Assembly: GCA_965225945.1 (NCBI GenBank)
Contig: CBDDBZ010000021.1
Coordinates: forward strand, 46,538-110,537
DNA: 64,000 nt
From: Alphaproteobacteria bacterium
GTDB lineage: Bacteria; Pseudomonadota; Alphaproteobacteria; GCA-2731375
Direction: 5' to 3'
The position numbers were made by a program, and so were the translations under genes. The notes beneath the pieces are model-generated. The model worked only from the letters and a program-made list of their open reading frames with translations. It was not told the DNA's origin and did no database searches. Shown piece after piece: positions 62,870 to 64,000 of the stretch; position 1 is the first letter of the stretch; every line of letters begins with the position of its first letter.

Positions 62870-63970
62870 CTATTCGCGGAAGCTTATAAGGAGACGCGGC
62901 GGCCAGTTTCGGTATGCCCTCTTGCGCCCGGTTGGATTGGGGTCGACATAGGTAATTCGTCCACGTTCCAGCAGCGCTTCAAGCTCGACTCTCGCGCGAC
63001 TTGAAAGAAATGTAGTGTGCTCGTCAACCCATTTAAAGATCTCGGATACCGGCACATCGGTTTGGGCTTGAAAGCGTTCCGCGAGAAATTTAGAAAGCCT
63101 TATGGTCTGCGGTGACAGTTCGAAAATATTCCCTTGGGCTGAAACATTGGTGGCTTCTCGGTGATGCGAGAACGAGGCTCCATGCTCGGGATCTACCTTC
63201 CACATTGCTTCCTTCATCTTCACAAAACCTCGGACATTTCGCCCGCAAAAGAAGAATGCGTTGTCGCGACCATTTGTCTCATCACGCATCATAAATTTTC
63301 TCACGAATGGACCGAGCGTCAAAAGCCGACTTTCGAAGGCATCACAAAAAGCATCTGTCGAATCATCTGCATTCTTGATCGGTCTAAGGTCGTTAACGCC
63401 AACCATCGACTTGATCTTTGCAGTAATCTCTTCGTTCTCGTGCTCCTTAAAGCGATTCATGAAGCCGCACATGAAATTTATGAATAGCTCGCTGTGGTCG
63501 TTGTGCATGAGCTGTTTCAATGCTTTAAACGGGCTATGTCCGAATCCAAACGGGTCAATGAAGCTAAATGTAGGGCTGGACGTATGTATCCGAAGGTAGT
63601 CAATGATTTCGGCTATATTCTCAACAAACACACCATGTTTGATCTCGATGGTTACATTGGGGTGATGCTCTTTCACGGCAGCGGTCGAACGTAAATGTTC
63701 CAAACCTTCCAAATCTAAATCAACGAAAAACAATGTCGCCCGAAAGCCTGGGTTGCGTATTACCGTTTCGTTGGCAAGATAGGCGGCGATGACGGGTGAA
63801 CCGTCCTCCCCGGTCGTATACGCGCCCGGGCCACAAAATCCATCGACATACACGACATGTGGGAAGCCCCTGTTAGCGAGGATGCCGAACCAGGCGCCGA
63901 GATAGTTTCTTATGATCTCAAGTTTTGCCCTTGTTCTCGGTGTGCACTCCCAAAGTGGTTCATCGGCCAC
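62870..63970 (-). CDS. tcmP: three-Cys-motif partner protein (TcmP-like), lower GC
   Basis: TRAKLEIIRNYLGAW, YVDGFCGPG..Y...GSP, FSFIDPFG, ELFINF, GFVKMKEAMWKVDP. Confidence 0.8.
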   Translation of the reverse strand: MADEPLWECTPRTRAKLEIIRNYLGAWFGILANRGFPHVVYVDGFCGPGAYTTGEDGSPVIAAYLANETVIRNPGFRATLFFVDLDLEGLEHLRSTAAVKEHHPNVTIEIKHGVFVENIAEIIDYLRIHTSSPTFSFIDPFGFGHSPFKALKQLMHNDHSELFINFMCGFMNRFKEHENEEITAKIKSMVGVNDLRPIKNADDSTDAFCDAFESRLLTLGPFVRKFMMRDETNGRDNAFFFCGRNVRGFVKMKEAMWKVDPEHGASFSHHREATNVSAQGNIFELSPQTIRLSKFLAERFQAQTDVPVSEIFKWVDEHTTFLSSRARVELEALLERGRITYVDPNPTGRKRAYRNWPPRLLISFRE

Positions 63971-64000
63971 GATCTATAAGGCCGCCCGCTAGTCCATTGG

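Overview
High-GC bacterial chromosomal window, most likely an alphaproteobacterium (judged from the rplU-rpmA-obgE-proB-proA-nadD-rsfS-rlmH block, the rpsD/trmJ pair, the divergent DUF465 pair and ubiK). Housekeeping genes (tRNA-Gln, rpsD, trmJ, acs, gpt, the obgE/pro/nad block) are interspersed with many catabolic enzymes (four luciferase-like oxidoreductases, two TauD-type and one PhyH-type dioxygenase, Gfo/Idh/MocA and ThDP enzymes, sulfotransferases, MFS transporters). The window also holds a 2509-aa LapA-like RTX adhesin with 828-bp repeats, a prophage/satellite-like remnant, IS630, IS5 and IS110/IS1111 elements, REP/RAYT remnants and several decayed genes. The signals most worth following up: (1) an unannotated Ser/Gly-rich peptide gene with an RR...YxxPxL leader directly upstream of an HPr-kinase-like/PqqD fusion, a candidate phospho-RiPP system (55600-57264); (2) a GrdB-like selenoprotein split by an in-frame UGA with a SECIS-like hairpin (40201-41076); (3) a 17-bp tandem array of coupled MTTRRT mini-ORFs that leaves rpsD without an in-frame start; (4) a complete C4-type antisense RNA cassette (21033-21261); (5) an IS1111-like element with a long downstream non-coding region and a predicted circle-junction promoter; (6) rsfS with no canonical start codon. 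All family calls come from motif recognition only; no searches were run. Some frameshifts may be sequencing or assembly errors.
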